64,000 nucleotides of DNA, from positions 327,732,001 to 327,796,000 of the forward strand of contig OZ024740.1 in NCBI GenBank assembly GCA_964016885.1. The letters are read 5' to 3'. Made by a program: the position numbers and the translations under genes. Source of the DNA: Eledone cirrhosa. Taxonomy: Eukaryota. Under the pieces are notes generated by a model, which saw only the letters and a list, made by a program, of their open reading frames with translations, had not been told where the DNA came from and searched no databases. Below are positions 1-14,515 of the stretch, piece by piece. The stretch's first letter is position 1; each line of letters opens with the position of its first letter.

Positions 1-273
1 GAAAGAAATTTCTTTGCGAGATAAATGCGGTGGTGATTTTGTAACATTTAATAACTTCAAAAGGCTGAATTAGAGAATGACCATGACTTATAAAGTTAGA
101 GTAGAATTAATACCAAATCTAATAAAATCTTTGATAATATTACTGTTCCTACTATTTTGAATTTTGTTTTTATATTATGCTGCAGATTGAGCATATATAT
201 GATATTAGATTACTCACTCTGCATTTAGAATATACTATCATAAAGTATATGTAATTCATGTTTGGTTAAATGT

Positions 274-563
274 CTAAAAAAAAGTCTAAAGTCTGTCTTA
301 AGCCAGAAGGCTCATTTGGCCGGTGCTTATCCCTGTTTCATGGCGTGAAGCGACTGAGAGTACAAGACTCCCCCCTTGACAGGATGCCAGTCCATCGCAG
401 GTTAAACCTCCAGCTATTGCTGGTACTCATTTCCAGCTTAGAATACTGGAGCAACGTGAAATGAAGTGTTTTGCTCAAGAACACAACACGCAGCCCAGGA
501 ATCGAACCCACGACATTATGATCGTAAGTCCAACACTCTTACCACTAGGCCACGTGCCTCCAC
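274..563 (-). mobile_element. tRNA-derived SINE (family A), full length, with 14-bp target-site duplication
   Basis: Minus strand starts GTGGAGGCACGTGGCCTAGTGGTAAG (A box) and contains GGTTCGATTCC (B box); flanked by identical GTTTGGTTAAATGT at 260-273 and 564-577; homologous to 9143-9396. Confidence 0.85.
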
Positions 564-1889
564 GTTTGGTTAAATGTATGGCAGGATTATTCTTCGTATT
601 CTCTTATTTGAAATTAAGACTAAATACCTTATCTAGACATCCTAATACGATTAACTTCTTCCAAAGTGGGAATGTGATATATCTAGTACGTAACCAACTT
701 CAAACACTATGGAAAATTGGATTAGGCTTTAAGATAATCAAATTAAATGCTAATGCTTTCCCATGGGATGATGATTTCTAAGCTACAACTTACCATCGCT
801 TTACATATATTTTCAAGATCCGTACACTTAAGATGTATAATTAGATGTACCTCGTAGAATTTCTTACAATATCACAAATGTTTAAATGAGTGGACATGAC
901 ATGTGTTTATGTCGTAACTCTCTATATGTCATGCCTTGACAATGGCATAGTGCTTTTCAGCGGACAAGATACTAAATACACCCACTGTCCCACTTATCCG
1001 ATACATGATAGATCCAGGGCCTCCGTATGACTTCTGAGACAATGGATCTACCCCAGCAGAGCAGTAGCAGCCAGAAATAATGCAAGCCTCCAGCAGCCAA
1101 ATAATTTGTTGGCAGCTACAAATGAAAAAATAAAAAACGATCTAATGAGATGCTGCACTTGAAATCGAAAAACGAACAGCAGAAAGTTTTTAAAGAATTA
1201 GGTTTATATCTATCAAAGAAACAAGAAGGAAGAGATTCCCATAAGACAGACGTTCATGGAAAGGGACAGCCTCCATGATAAAATAAAAATTAGTAGAAAA
1301 TGAATCACTCGATTAGAAGCCATAAGAGGAAGAACGAGCAAAACCATTCGGCAGAGCAACGACTATATATGTATTTATAGAATTTATAGAATAAGCGCAA
1401 AACTAATGTCCCTACAATGAAAGATGAAAGTTAGCTGCCAAAACAGAACCATGGTAGAAATTCGATCCTGAATTCAATCAAGTAGAGAAAGAACACACCC
1501 ATAGCTTTTACAGACCAGTGAGATTGGTGCTGTTGACGTTGCACTTATACTGTTGTGCCACAGGGCTTCTGTCAACTTTACTTTTCCATCCCTCTGCAGA
1601 CAATAAATACCCGAAATATTTTGAAGTCATACCAGTCGACTACAATACCCCCGTTTCTAACAGATTAGTATAGTACTTTATCAAAAGATATTACTGTTTT
1701 CTTTTCTTTTTTCGGACAACTTAATGCCAGCTGACGTTTATGTTGCATATCCTTCAATGTGCTGTGGTCGTAGGCAAGTGCAATTGGTCGGCTAACTGCC
1801 CATTATTAATCCACCGATAGTGATACCATGTACAAGTTATATACATTATCATACAACCAATTATTATGAAACCAAGGACATAATTTATT

Positions 1890-2025
1890 CTCATTTTATA
1901 GACGCCAGAAAGATGGAAGGCAAAGTAGACCATGACGGAATTTGATTACATAACGTAAAGTGTCGTAACTAAATACAGCAAAACCGTTTGTTCAACGCTC
2001 TTATGAACCTTCGAATTCAACGCCT
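1890..2025 (-). mobile_element. SINE family B, degenerate copy
   Basis: Reverse complement resembles the TCAAATYCCGCCGAGGTYRACTTTGCCTTTCATCC...GTCGATAAAAT core seen in many copies in this window. Confidence 0.6.
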
Positions 2026-2077
2026 TTTTGAGAAATTGTCGAAAAGATGAATCAATGAATATATGCTAAAGATAGAT

Positions 2078-2440
2078 GTATGGTATGATCAAGTCGTTAG
2101 CTTCGCAATCATGAGGTTTCGGGTTCGATACCACTACGTGGCAGCTTGCATAATTGTTTTTTGGTGTTGTTTTTTTTTACCATAATATCGAATCGTCGCA
2201 AGCCTTGGGAATAACATAAAGTAGACGGACACTGCGCGGAAACCCGTTGGATTAATTTGCCTGCAATTCAAAGGGCCCAGCCTTTTCACATATTCTAACA
2301 AGATTTTGACTGAGAATTACGTTAAGGTTGCACGTGTCTGTGGAAAACTCAGGCACTTTCACTTTGATATAGATCATATAAGTAGTTCAGTTGATCAAAC
2401 AAATGTCCATCGTCAAAACTGACGGAGAATCCATCATTTA
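2078..2440 (+). mobile_element. tRNA-derived SINE (family C), degenerate
   Basis: GGGTTCGATACC B-box-like motif; body similar to 52075-52385 (shared GTTAAGG-TGCACGTGT segment). Confidence 0.55.
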
Positions 2441-2460
2441 TGTAAATATATTGCGTTAAA

Positions 2461-2672
2461 CAGCGATGGATTGACTGTATCGGTAGAACGTCTGACAACA
2501 TGCTTTGAGGCATATAGGCTCTTTACGCTCTGAGTTCAAATCTGCCGAAGTTAGCTTTGCCTTTCATCCTTTCGGGGTCGATAAAATATAGTACCAGTAA
2601 CGCACGGAGATCGATTTAATCAATTTCCCCTTCCCTTCAAATTGCTGGCTTTGTGCCAAATGTAGAAACAAT
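2461..2672 (+). mobile_element. SINE family B
   Basis: GTATCGGTAGA...CTGAGTTCAAAT...CTTTGCCTTTCATCCTTTCGGGGTCGATAAAAT...GTACCAGT...TTGCTGGCTTTGTGCC matches 49555-49745 and 60905-61090. Confidence 0.8.
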
Positions 2673-4309
2673 TAATTGTATTAAAGTCATTTGATTAACT
2701 TTTCTTTAGTCAAACACATCAATCAACGGTGCTTTAGCTACTTTGTATCCGTGATAGGGTTGTTGCATGCAAACTATACTCAAAGTGGAATTTAAACGAA
2801 GTACTGCAAGTCAATGAGATAACTATTAATTACACCAGTTCTCCCTTGTACATACTAAATACGGTAACACTCTAGCTATACATCATTTATTTTCCCTGGT
2901 TCTTTATAATTTGGATTCTACACTTATTTTTCTGGTGGTGGTTAGGGTGTCACCTACTCAAACAATATTTTTATTTTACCTCCACAGAAAAGTAGATTTT
3001 CTCTTTCTAGTAACCAGGGTTTCTCTTTCCGTGTGTGAGTGGGTATCCCCCACCAAGCAAACCTATTATCAATGGTTTTACAGACGTTACCATATTGTCC
3101 TTTCGTATATCTATAACTAAATTGTTCAACGTGTCTTTCTTTTTTCTAAATTAAATCTGGGTGATATTTCTAGCAGTTCAAGTGACACCCTTATTAGCTC
3201 GTAGTCGTTTGTGGGGAAGGTTCGATGGTACCAGTTTATCAAATACCCAATGATATATTTATAGACAACTAAACCGGTCGATCAAGATTGAAACGCCTTG
3301 GCCATAAACATGATGCTGCTCCATGGTATTGTATTCAAAGACGTAATTTGAAGTAAATGTGGCTACTAATTCTTTCAAGTCAAGAAAACGCATAGAGACA
3401 CCCTCGTGTATACTTGATAGATTAATTGCATTTCTCTTGCGTTAAATTCAAAATATATCAAGTGAAATGAACTTTGAGTTAAATCAAGCTTAGCGTTAAA
3501 TAATCTCTGACGCCATGCAACGTTTTGTTTTAAATATCTATCCGTCTGTAGCACGTAAAATCGACTTGCTTATAATATTGATGCCTGAAGAATTGATATT
3601 ATCATTAGAGATTCAGTTTTCACTCGATGTGTGTGATGGAGTATTTTTTGTGAGATCTATGATAACAAAGAAATGGATCAGCGGAAATTAATATTTTTTT
3701 CAATGGAATTTATTGATTGCTCGTTTCAAAATGTCTTTGACTTATATCTTATGAAAACAAAATATCGATACCTTGTAGTATGTCATACTAGTGTTGATGA
3801 TGTTATTTAACTAGCGACCACCTTTGATCCAGCAGATCAATGGTAAAAAAGTAATCAGTCAAACTGCTATCTAGTTTAAGACATTCACTGCGAACTCTAA
3901 AATATACTGATTTATTTTATACGGTGAAGAGTGACAGCGCAGGCATGTTGATCGCTTTTTCAATTTAATTCTGTATATTTATAGGTTCTAATAGTTACCA
4001 CAGTGGAAACTGGTAGGAAGGACTCGATAGGAGCCTCAATGTTGTATTTTGACGGCTAGATATAGCAGCTAAATCTCTTTCAAACCACAAAAGAGTAGAT
4101 TGTGATTTGGAGAAGATTTTGTTCCTATTTCTTGCAGATTATATATAGAGATACATATGCAAATTTACACATACATATATACATATATATATTATATTAT
4201 TTATTTATATTCATACATGGAACAAAAACGCTACCTATGGTTTCAAGGCCCAATATTGACCATATCTCCAGAATGTAAGAGGGATTAAAATTGATCATAT
4301 ATATATGTA

Positions 4310-4500
4310 TCCGTATGTGGTTGACGAATGAGATAAATGAGTACTTAATACCGAAGTAGAGTTATATTGTTCATTTATTAAGGCTGAATAGTGAGTTTTT
4401 TTACTCTGAAGTTTCGCTTGTTTACCACAGGGTCATCAAATGTGACAAACAGGCGTAACTCCAGAGTAACAAGACACACTATATAGCCTAAATAAATGAA
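4310..4500 (-). repeat. Probable Penelope-type terminal repeat remnant with degenerate hammerhead motif
   Basis: Minus strand TTGATGA-ccctgtggtaaacaagc-GAAA-cttcagag-TA (4402-4439), followed by AATAAA; core C3 mutated and stem I not paired; flanked by AT microsatellite. Confidence 0.35.
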
Positions 4501-4511
4501 TATATATATAT

Positions 4512-4542
<31 letters not shown>

Positions 4543-4899
4543 CGCGCAGGCACGCACAGTAATGTCTCTGATAGCGCTCCAGATAAGTCACTAAAAATGC
4601 CGCACTAAACTTGACAGCTCTATACGGGGTCAGTGTAATAGAATATAAATAGCACTACCTGCTTTATAAGCTACTTTTACAAATGAAGGTAGTAGACATC
4701 GTCAAACGATAAAAAAAAATCCAGAGAAATGCTAGCGCACTTAATAATTTTAGATAATCTCACACATTTTGATTCAAATTTATGGTAAAATTATGGTAGA
4801 TCTAATATAATAATAGATCTAATAATTTAGATCTAATATAATAATAAAATTATGATCTAATATAATAATAACATTGTGAAACAGGTTAAATTAATCAAC

Positions 4900-6760
4900 T
4901 TATTCAACATTCAGTTGAAATGTAGCAATGAGAAATATAACAGAAGAGGGGACATGCTGCGCTTCTTTCTCACACATTGGTTTCTTTTCAAGGAATGCAT
5001 CTAATGCTATGGGTATATTTATGGTTTCTTTCACGAAGAAATTCCTGTTAGCAAGATAAATCTTAAACCTTGCAGGGTCCTTCTGTGGGTAATTCTCAGT
5101 AAACTGGTCCATCATTTTCTTAACCTTGATGATGAAGTTACGCACAAATTCAATAGCAAGAATTCTTTTAGGTATCACTGATTCTACCGTAGGATTATCA
5201 GGCTCATTTTGGATGCATTTTTCGGTTATCTCCTGCAGCTCTCCAACAAATAATTTACATTCAGACTATTAACTCTTTGAAATCACTAACATTGATATGT
5301 TCCATTCTCCTTTGTTTGGCTAGATCAAAAATATTAATATTGATTACTTCTAGTACTATCCTTCATCAGATACTAGAAAGTTATTACGTTTCTAACCATA
5401 GTTTATTCCAAACGCTTCTCATGTAGTTATTTATCGACTTTATCTCTGGTTTCTTCAGTAAAACAACCACATGATGAAAATATATATAAATAATATCAAA
5501 TTGTTTTGATAGATTGTTTATTTCTGTGATTTATTTCTTCAAGAAACTTTGTAAAAGAGCTATGATTATAGTAGACCTGGACAATAGGAATTACATGCTG
5601 GTCCATGGTAGTAGTATTTGGTTTTAGATAAACTAATTTGATAGAAATACATATTTCAGGTGTGGTCAGGAATACAATCAATCACCAGCAACGTATATTC
5701 GTCGAAATATTTTTTCAGTGTTAAACGCCAGCATGAAAATTACACTGTGTTAAAATTTCTGTTGTTACCCAAGCCTTCTTGTTTGATTTCAAAATCACAG
5801 GTAGATGTACAAATATTTTCCTCGTTGGTCTTCATGTTTCTCAATGACAAACAAACTCTGGATTCAACCTAAAGTCATTTGAAGCATTAGGCCAAATAAT
5901 AGGGCAATTGGGTGGTGAATTGGCCGAGTCGCTAGAACGTCGACCAGAATACTTTGCGGTATTTGTTTCGGCTCTCTAAGTTCAAATCCCGCATTTCATC
6001 CATTCGAGGTCGGGGTAAAAAAGTACCAATCTAGTAAAGGGGCCAATTGTTCCCTCTTTTTCATACTCTCACTCCTTCTCTAGAAGAAATCTGTTGTAAT
6101 CAGACTTCAACAAAAGATGGACTCGTCCAGAAACGTCCTAGAAACGCCGTATGTCAAACGGTGCCCGGGAGTTTACGTGATTAAGAAAAAGAAGAAGGGA
6201 GTAACTGCTCAGTTCCGACCTTGAAACATTTGTTTACTCGAGTTGAAAGTACAAAATTGCATTCTTTTCCAGAAAACACTTGTTTCATCTACCTTAAATA
6301 CAAGTTAGAAGGAGTAGTTTCCACGCTCGATGATACCGTTACGAACCTAAGACAATTTCCCGGCTGTCTGGGTGTCTGCATTTACAGTTATATTGGACAT
6401 ACTGTCGTGTCGATTATACAACCATTTAAATATTTGAAACCAACTTCTGCTTGTTGTGAAGGCTTCTGAATTACCTCCTTCTTGAAATGCTCCTTGGTTT
6501 TGCATTAAAAATTTGTTTAGAGGCATGTTGCATTGCATTTCATCATCCACTTATAGAAGCGAGCATATCTTCCATTTTGTTTCTAACGATTTACTTTTTT
6601 CAAGTCATAATTCTTCATTAATGGGTTCAACATTAGCAGGTTGTATTTTGCCCGGATTATTGTAATTGTTATTGTGGCCATATTTAAAGAAATACCCGCA
6701 TACATTTGACGTTTGTTAGTTCTCAATCACCTAAAGAAATGCAGTTTTATAGCCTTTGCT
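4900..6760 (-). pseudogene. Decayed Tigger/pogo (Tc1-mariner superfamily) transposase, interrupted by a SINE
   Basis: Minus-strand frames give, in the expected order, CENP-B-type HTH (FTTSRSWFQIFK), FKVDETSVFWKRM (first catalytic D), NASNDFRLNP, KLVYLKPNTTTMDQHVI (cf. FLPPNTTSLIQPMDQGVI) and a C-terminal IALDAFLEKKP; many stops and frameshifts. Confidence 0.8.
5910..6045 (+). mobile_element. SINE family B inserted in the Tigger transposase
   Basis: GGTGGTGAATTGGCCGAGTCGCTAG head, GTTCAAATCCC B box, TTTCATCC...GTACCA body. Confidence 0.7.
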
Positions 6761-7684
6761 TTGCTATTTTTTTTTTCAACACATGATGGATAAACGACTG
6801 ATATTTGTGGGAGTATGCATGAATATGAATCATAATTTCAAAGTTTTCATTAAAATAGTAAGTTGAAACCATTTATTTGGGGAGTGTAGAAGTAAATGCT
6901 ACTCAAGATATTACTTTTCTCAATATTCCACTGGTGATATAAATAGATATTTACAATTTTCCGTAAAGTATGTGCGAATAATTTTATAGATAACCCAATA
7001 AAACCTGTCGGATTGGAATTCGATTAATTGCACGTTTCACATAAACCAAAATATTCAAGAAATTATTTTTACGATTCCTATAGTGGTGTTGCCGATAAAT
7101 GCGAATTGAAACCGGAATCACATGATTGTAAAGGAAACATCTTAACCATAAGGTTAGCTTTCACGTTGATCCTAACCAAAATGAATCAATATTGGTATAT
7201 TTTCTGATCTTTATACATGATATAAATTCTTCTAGCGAGAGATTCGCCTGTCTTGCTCTTAATACAACTGGATTTAGAGCTATCTTTATTTGCGTCATAT
7301 GAAGATATCTAATATATTTTTGTTTTACTTTTGCCATTTGTTATCTTTCGATAGCAAATGAGGACTTTTGTTTAGTGGAATTAATTTTAATATACCGACT
7401 TACTGGCATTCTCCATATTTTAGTTCTGCTTTATAATCAATATACCTAATATCACACCAAATTTACTCTTTAGAGTATCAAGAAAAATTTTTTTTTCTAA
7501 CTATAACTTATTTGGCTTTTTTGTTTCTCTTTCTTTAAAATATCACCTACGATGCTGCGATGTCTTCAATATCAGGATATCAATATTAAGATCTCTGATA
7601 TTTACCTCATCTAAAGATTACTTAATATAAAGATAGGTTTGATTATTTCCAATGTCAAACATTAGATTACTTATATGCAGGCAG

Positions 7685-7840
7685 ATACATATATACACAC
7701 ATACATATACATACATATACATATACATACACACACATATATATATATATATATATACATACAACACACATATATACATACATACATATATATATACATA
7801 TATATACATACACACACAAATATATATACAAACATATACA
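7685..7840. repeat. Compound (AT)/(AC)/(ACAT) microsatellite
   Basis: Directly visible low-complexity tract. Confidence 0.9.
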
Positions 7841-9142
7841 CTGAATGAAAATAATGAAGAAAATTTAAATAGTATGAAATGAAATTCATGCCAAGACATA
7901 TTTATCGTAACATTAAGTGGACTTCATAGTATGATCAACTATATAATACAATCAACTATGTCAAGAAAACTATTTTAAAATTTACTCCATGAATCTATAA
8001 CCTCATAATTTTATCGTATGCAACAGTATAGTCATGGAAGACTAACTTGCGAGTGGAAAGTAAAGATATCTGCAATTTACAATAATATATTGAGAGTGTT
8101 TTGTTTTTCTTTATTTGTTTCTTAATTTATTTGATATAATCGATAATATTGTGGCCTACAAACAGTGTATAGAAGTATCCTATTAAACATTGCTGAATAA
8201 CATTTCAATAGATTTCGGACATAAAAGTAAGAAACACTTCGGGGGAAAATGAAGAATTAATTTGAATGCCAAGAATGGTTTAGCGAAGATAATATTATTT
8301 CTCTACGATTATTATTATTCCAGAATTTCTTAATGGCTATTGAAACAAGGGTGTGTCTGATACTCTTCATTATCTAAAGATAACAATGAAAAGTTAAGGC
8401 TTGTTACTCAATTTTTTTTTTTTCACATTGGCGCAAATATGTCCGCAATGTTGTTGTGTTAATGTGTCACATTAAGTGTTTACTTACACAATGTATATAT
8501 GAATGAGTGTTAACCAGTGTATAATTGTGTATGTGCGTATAACACAATGTAAATGCATGTTCTCATAAATATGTAGCCTGCAGTTGATTGTATGTGATTC
8601 TTTGATGAAGGAAACTGTTTGAATGGACAAACCTGTTTGGACAATTTACTTATATTTGTGTATACGTATTTGTGTATGTGTATTTGTGGATCTATATCTG
8701 CATTTTTTTTTAGTACGCATATTCATGTTTCTATTGAATTCGTTATTTTATAATCATTTTTTGTTTTCTTATCATTATGCCTTGTAAATTGGTTACCCTT
8801 GGGGGCAACAAAGTAATCACTGTTACCTATGAGCTGGCTGTGTGTACAATGCACTGTGGCAATCTATAAAGAGTCACAGGTCGTTTTACTGCCGACTGTT
8901 TTGAATAATTAATTATTCATGTCGCCTTGTTTATCGAACATACCTTTCCAATCAAGGTTGATTGAATGCTTTTTACATGGTTCAGTTAACATACTTTATT
9001 ATAAAGTGATGGAAATATCTTATTATAATAACCATACTAATTTCCCTCGATTTTTTATATATTGATCAGTTCTAATCTTGCCAACTGAGCTGAATGTGCT
9101 TCAGTGAGGAGATCTAATTAGATAGAAACATGTCCATTGTTT

Positions 9143-9396
9143 GTGGAGGCATGTGGCCTAGTGATAATCATAATGTTGTGGGTTCGATTCTTGGACTGGG
9201 TTATGTGTTGTGTTCTTGATCAAAACACTTTCCCGTTGCTCCAGTAAACACAGCTGAAAATGAGTATCAGCAATAACTTGGAGTTTAACTCTGCGATGAA
9301 CTGGCGTCCTGTCCAGGGGAAGTCTTGTACACTCAGTCGTTTCACGTCACGGAAACAGGCGGCTTGATGAGTCTCTCGGTTCGCGACAGACTTTTA
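9143..9396 (+). mobile_element. tRNA-derived SINE (family A)
   Basis: GTGGAGGCATGTGGCCTAGTG head, GGTTCGATTC B box; homologous to reverse complement of 274-563. Confidence 0.8.
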
Positions 9397-9639
9397 ATGT
9401 GTTTTACACAGCTGCAATATTAATTACATTTTATTGCATTTGTGACTGACTTCGAGCAACATATATCCAAATAATTTGCTACAACCTATCAACAAAGAAG
9501 ATTCTTTGTAGACGTTTTATATGCTAGAAATAGTAGTCAAACTTCTCTCAAATCACCGACTAAGGTCTTAAAGAAGAGAGAACGAATTAAATAACGTCCT
9601 TACAAGTGAATGAATCCGGAAAGTGAAATGAGATCGTAA

Positions 9640-10455
9640 AAGAGTAAATAAAAGATAAAGAGAGGTTATATGTCTTAATCCGCATGGTGAGAAAATGGGA
9701 TCCCACGTGTTGGCCTCCCCACAACCCCGGCGGACAGAATGGAGAAGGCGTTTCCCCGGAGAATAGTAAAGGAGATGCGCTGGAAGAATCATTCCAACAC
9801 GCGAGGCTCACACCTGCAACTGGCTAGCTCACTATGGTAGTGAATAGGGATGTAGCGCTAAGACCAAGGACACCAGAAGTCTTCACTGCCAAGGGTACGA
9901 CCGCGAACCTGTCGGAGAGCGACCGGTACTTCGAGAGTTTGGCCTCCTCAGCTCGACGTGCAGCAGTACCTGGGCTAGTCGCAGACTGCACCAGGTTGCA
10001 ATTGGAGAAAGTGTCACTGCAAATGGCATCCCAGACGAGGAGTTTACTACCGCGGAACGGGAAGATGGTCATACCATTTGGCCTTTTGCCGTCCCCTCTG
10101 TCCAGCCCCACCGGCTCGAGCTGGGAGGTGAAGCCTGCAGCATCCAAGCCATGCTTTATGACCTCGTTGAGGGCAGCATTGCGTGGAAGGCGGCCGTCAC
10201 TGTGACGACAGGAAAGCGGTTGGAGGCCGAAAGAGTCCACGGTGGATCCACAACGACATTTATGTGGCTCGCAGATCCGGAGTCCAAGCCTTAAGGAAAC
10301 GCCGATGCGCTGGCTATCGTTATCCAGCTGCGTGCCAGCGGAGAAGGCGGGCAAGGCATGGAGCCAGGCACCATGGTGGGATTTGGAGGCCGCGAGAAAA
10401 CAGGCAAGGTGGTGCTGGTTTAGCTAGCACGCGAGCCTGTCTGGTTCATGGGTAA
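9640..10455 (-). mobile_element. 5'-truncated CRE-like non-LTR retrotransposon (zinc knuckle + restriction-like endonuclease)
   Basis: ORF 9824-10354: LRLG..ICEPHKCRCG...LSC...EPVGLDRGDGKRPNGMTIFPF...LVWD..CSDT, typical of the CRE C-terminus; PD motif altered to PN. Confidence 0.8.
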
Positions 10456-13400
10456 AATATTCCTGATCATAGGTAGGTTCAATTCTAACATCTTTCTTAC
10501 TAGCCAAACAATTTAAAAGCAAAATTTATTTCAAAAACCGAAATCGTGTGCTTTTATTTTAATCCTTCTTAGAACTTATCCACAAAGCAATGAGACTCTT
10601 AAATTCAATAATTTCTACCATAAAAGATCTGATATTCAGGCAATCAATCAAAGAAACCAACTGAACAAAAAGAGAGCCATGGAATTTCCATATGATTGGA
10701 TATGTTGGATTATGTCGGTGATAGTGATGCTGAATAAGAAGTGGATATATATATCTTGATGAATGAAACTTTTAAATTAATTAAATTACCCAAATTGTGA
10801 GATTGTGTGAATGCAACCAAGATTCTTATAAATCAAAACAACAGAGAAAATAGGATATATAATTTAATTATATTATTGATCTATTTCACCACACACTTTT
10901 TTTAATGTTTCTATTTATCTGTAATTAAGTTTGAACAAAAACTATAAATATAGTAAAACTAAAGGAAAAGTGAAAACAAATATCATTTGAAAATAGTTTC
11001 AAATGATACTTGATGAATTACTTGAGAATAGGGGGTTTTCTTTTTTGTATTTACATAAAATCAAAACTTTGTAATGGTTGCATATATAAGTCAACTGAAT
11101 CGACTGTATGACTGGTAAATATTTTATTAGCCCCGAAGAGATGAAATTAGTTTAGTCGAATCTAGGGGAATGTTAGACTCAGAACGCTGATGGGTTAAAT
11201 TATATACAGGATATTTAGTCGAAACACTATTTTCTCTTTTCTTTTTCTTTGTCCTAACATGCACACTCACACACACACACACATACACACATGCACATAC
11301 ACACACGTACATACATACACTTCGAGAAGGCAATATTCTATATCAAGTGATGTTTCCTCAAATGTTTGAGTGTTCCAGTGGAGTCGGCTTGCATCAACCG
11401 CAAGTCGATGTCGGGTCCCAATCTTAGTTCACTAGATGTCCAGCTCTTGCACCCCAGCGTGCTTCATCCCAACAACAATTAGTTATGGACGTTAAAGAAT
11501 GATTTATACGAGAGAGAAATAATACAGTGTGGTGTTCGTACTATTCTTAAGAGACATGAAAGTCAACCCGAATGAGACCAACCTGAAATCAAAACTGAGT
11601 TACAAAATTGCTTACGAAAATAACTTCGCCTTACTGACAGCGCTCACCAAACGATAAATATTGGACATATTCTCTTCTATTGATGTGATGTATTGTGGAT
11701 AAATGTTTCCCATTAGTGATGAGCAGCATCGATTGAGATGTTCAGTTTTTTTTCAAAGTAGTTTTGATTTTAGGTTTAAAACATTTCTCTTGCTGATAAG
11801 TTTTGGATTAACTGTGATTGTCACAGTTTCTCATTTAAAACATCTTTAAAAACTAGATTGGTTTTAAAACACGCTAAAGACACTTATGACAACACCTATA
11901 GTTTAGATAATAAAGTGGGCGTTAGTACAAATAATGGCGTAAGTAAACTCAGAGATTTATATTAACTAAATGTAATTAAAATCGGAATGCGATGAGAAGT
12001 GAACTTTAAATGTACTGTGTTTCAATCTTATTGGATCTCGTCGAAGCATAGTTTAAACTGCACTGCCACGTTTACGATGGAATGAGATATATATAGAACT
12101 TTAATGAATAAATATTGAGTGGGGTGACAACTTAAATAAACGACAGCGGAAGAAATACCAATAGTTACCTGCATTGGCTTCAAAATTCCAGTTGTAAGCA
12201 TTTTAGGAAGTTAAATAAACACAATTACAATTCAGACTAGCATAAGAGTAAATATCTACTAGAAATAACAGTCAAATACCACCTTAAAGCCTTTTTAAAA
12301 ATGACACGTTGAATAATGTAATCCTGAAAATAAAAAAACCTTTGAAAATAGGTATGTTCCATTGGGTTGGCTTGAGGTTACACAAAAACAAAATTTATAG
12401 CAATGTATATATGAATGAGTGTGAACCAGTGTATAATTGTGTATGTGTGTTTAACACAACGTAAATGTATATTCTTATATGTACTCTCCAGTTGATTGTA
12501 TGCGATTTTTTGATTAAGGAAACTGAATGGGAAAGCCTGTGGAAAAAGCTCAATGTTCTATAATATTGCCAATGCTTTCATACAAAAGCTACCATTCAAA
12601 GTATGACTGTCATAGTACTGAATTTATTCTTGTGTATTGTCGAAGGAAACCAGTTTTGTTTTTGTTGCTGTTGTTTTTTTTTTACTGAGCTCTGTTGCTG
12701 TAACCAGGAGATTGTTGGACCTTTATATCACCGAGAATCCATAAACGATCAGCTTTCTTGACTCAAAGTGAAAGACCAATAGGCATAGATGTGTTCATTT
12801 ATTCTAGAAATGTATAAGCAAGAAATGTCAAGCTGGATAGTTATAACACAGCATGAAAAACTCATTAGACTGTTGAGAATTTACCTCTTGTTTTTCAGCA
12901 CTCGCCATCAATCATCTCAAATGTGACATGAAACGTTGTTGACAACTATGTGAGCGGAGTTAGAATAAAATGAAACATAAAAATAATAAATCAAGCTGAA
13001 CGAAATAACTTGCACATTGTGCGTAAGGTATCTTTCGAACACTTATTAGCTTAATAGCGTTATAATAACCATTGAAGTGTGGTGCCACTGTGTTGAGTCA
13101 AAAGAAAGAAAAAATTCCAATGAAAGTTATCTACAATCCAATTTAGACCAGGAACATTCACATTATTATACAGTGAACTAATTAGTGATGCCTGATTAGA
13201 ATTTAAACTTTTGACTTATTCATTCAGTCATTTCTTGGAGACTAAATTTCACTCCTTTTTTCTTTTCTTTTAACCTGTTTAAGTACGTCTTTGGAATATT
13301 GATTTATTTACTTAAACACAAGACGATAGAAGCTTAAAGAAGGATACTAAAACTGTGTGAATGCCATGCCTTTCTCAAATGTATTAGCAATGTAAGCGAA

Positions 13401-13969
13401 GTGAAATGACTAGAAACTGCTTTCAAAAGTGGGAACTCATTTCAGCTGGTTATGATGTCGGTGTTGAGTGGGAAGGGGTAAATGAAATAAAATGCTTTCA
13501 GTCGGGAAATAAAACTACGTTGTATTTTAGACTGTCAATTAGATTACCTCTCACTCAATACTCTCACCATTATACCTTTTGCCAAGATACCCAGACATTC
13601 ATATTTTGAGATTTTTTCTAAAGTTCATCTTTCTAAAAGGCAACATTTTCTATAGGGACATTCATATTTTTTTTTTCAACCTTAACTGAGTTTCACTAAA
13701 GTAGAAAGATTCACAGTAGTATAGAAATATTTTATTGAATTCAGGTATATTATAAATTAATGACATCGTGTGTTATCGAATAGTTGACATGCAGCAATTT
13801 GTTATTCTTTCTAAATTTTATAAACTGCAAATATCTAAAATTATTTTGAGAAAACTGAAATTTGTGTCATAGTAGTCCCGACCATCAAATTTATTTTTGG
13901 AGTAAATGAAGGAATTGGTAAAGAAAAAGTATACTTTACAACCAGTAATGCTGGATACTAGAGCTGTAT

Positions 13970-14515
13970 GCTTGGATTGGCAGTATCGGTAGAGCGTCAA
14001 ACACAATGCTTTGCGGCATAGAGTTATAGCCCTTTACGTTCTGAGTTCAAATCCCGTCGAGGTTAACTTTGGCTTTCATCCTTACGGGTTCGATAAAATA
14101 AAGCACCAGTAATGCACTGGAATAATTGCTGGCTTTGTGCCAAAAGTAGAAACAATTATTAGAGCGTCGGACAACATACTTTGTGTCATATAGTTACGGC
14201 CCTTTACATCCTGCGTTCAAATCCTGCCGAGGTTAGCTTTGCCTTTCTTCCCTACGAGGTCGATAAAATAAAGTACCAGTAACACACTGTGGTGGATTTA
14301 ATCGTCCCCCCCCCCCCCTCACAATTGTTGGTCTTGTGCCTAAATCAATAGATTGGCAGAATCAGTAAAGCGGTGAACATAATGTCGTAATGAAGTAGTT
14401 CGCCTTACTTTCTGAATTCGAATCCCATTGCGGTTAACTTCACATTTTATACATCCAATGTTAATAAAGTACTAAGGTCGATTTTATCAACTATAGTTTC
14501 TTCTTAAATTTGCGA
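13970..14515 (+). mobile_element. Three tandem SINE family B copies
   Basis: Copies at about 13970-14160, 14161-14345 (head-truncated) and 14350-14515 (degenerate), each with GTTCAAATCC-like and CTTT...CATCC motifs. Confidence 0.8.

Noticed and set aside
274-563. tRNA gene
   Set aside because: A/B boxes belong to a SINE head with body, tail and TSD; no full cloverleaf
3580-3625. CTGAAGA plus small hairpin as HHR
   Set aside because: GAAA and cleavage triplet absent
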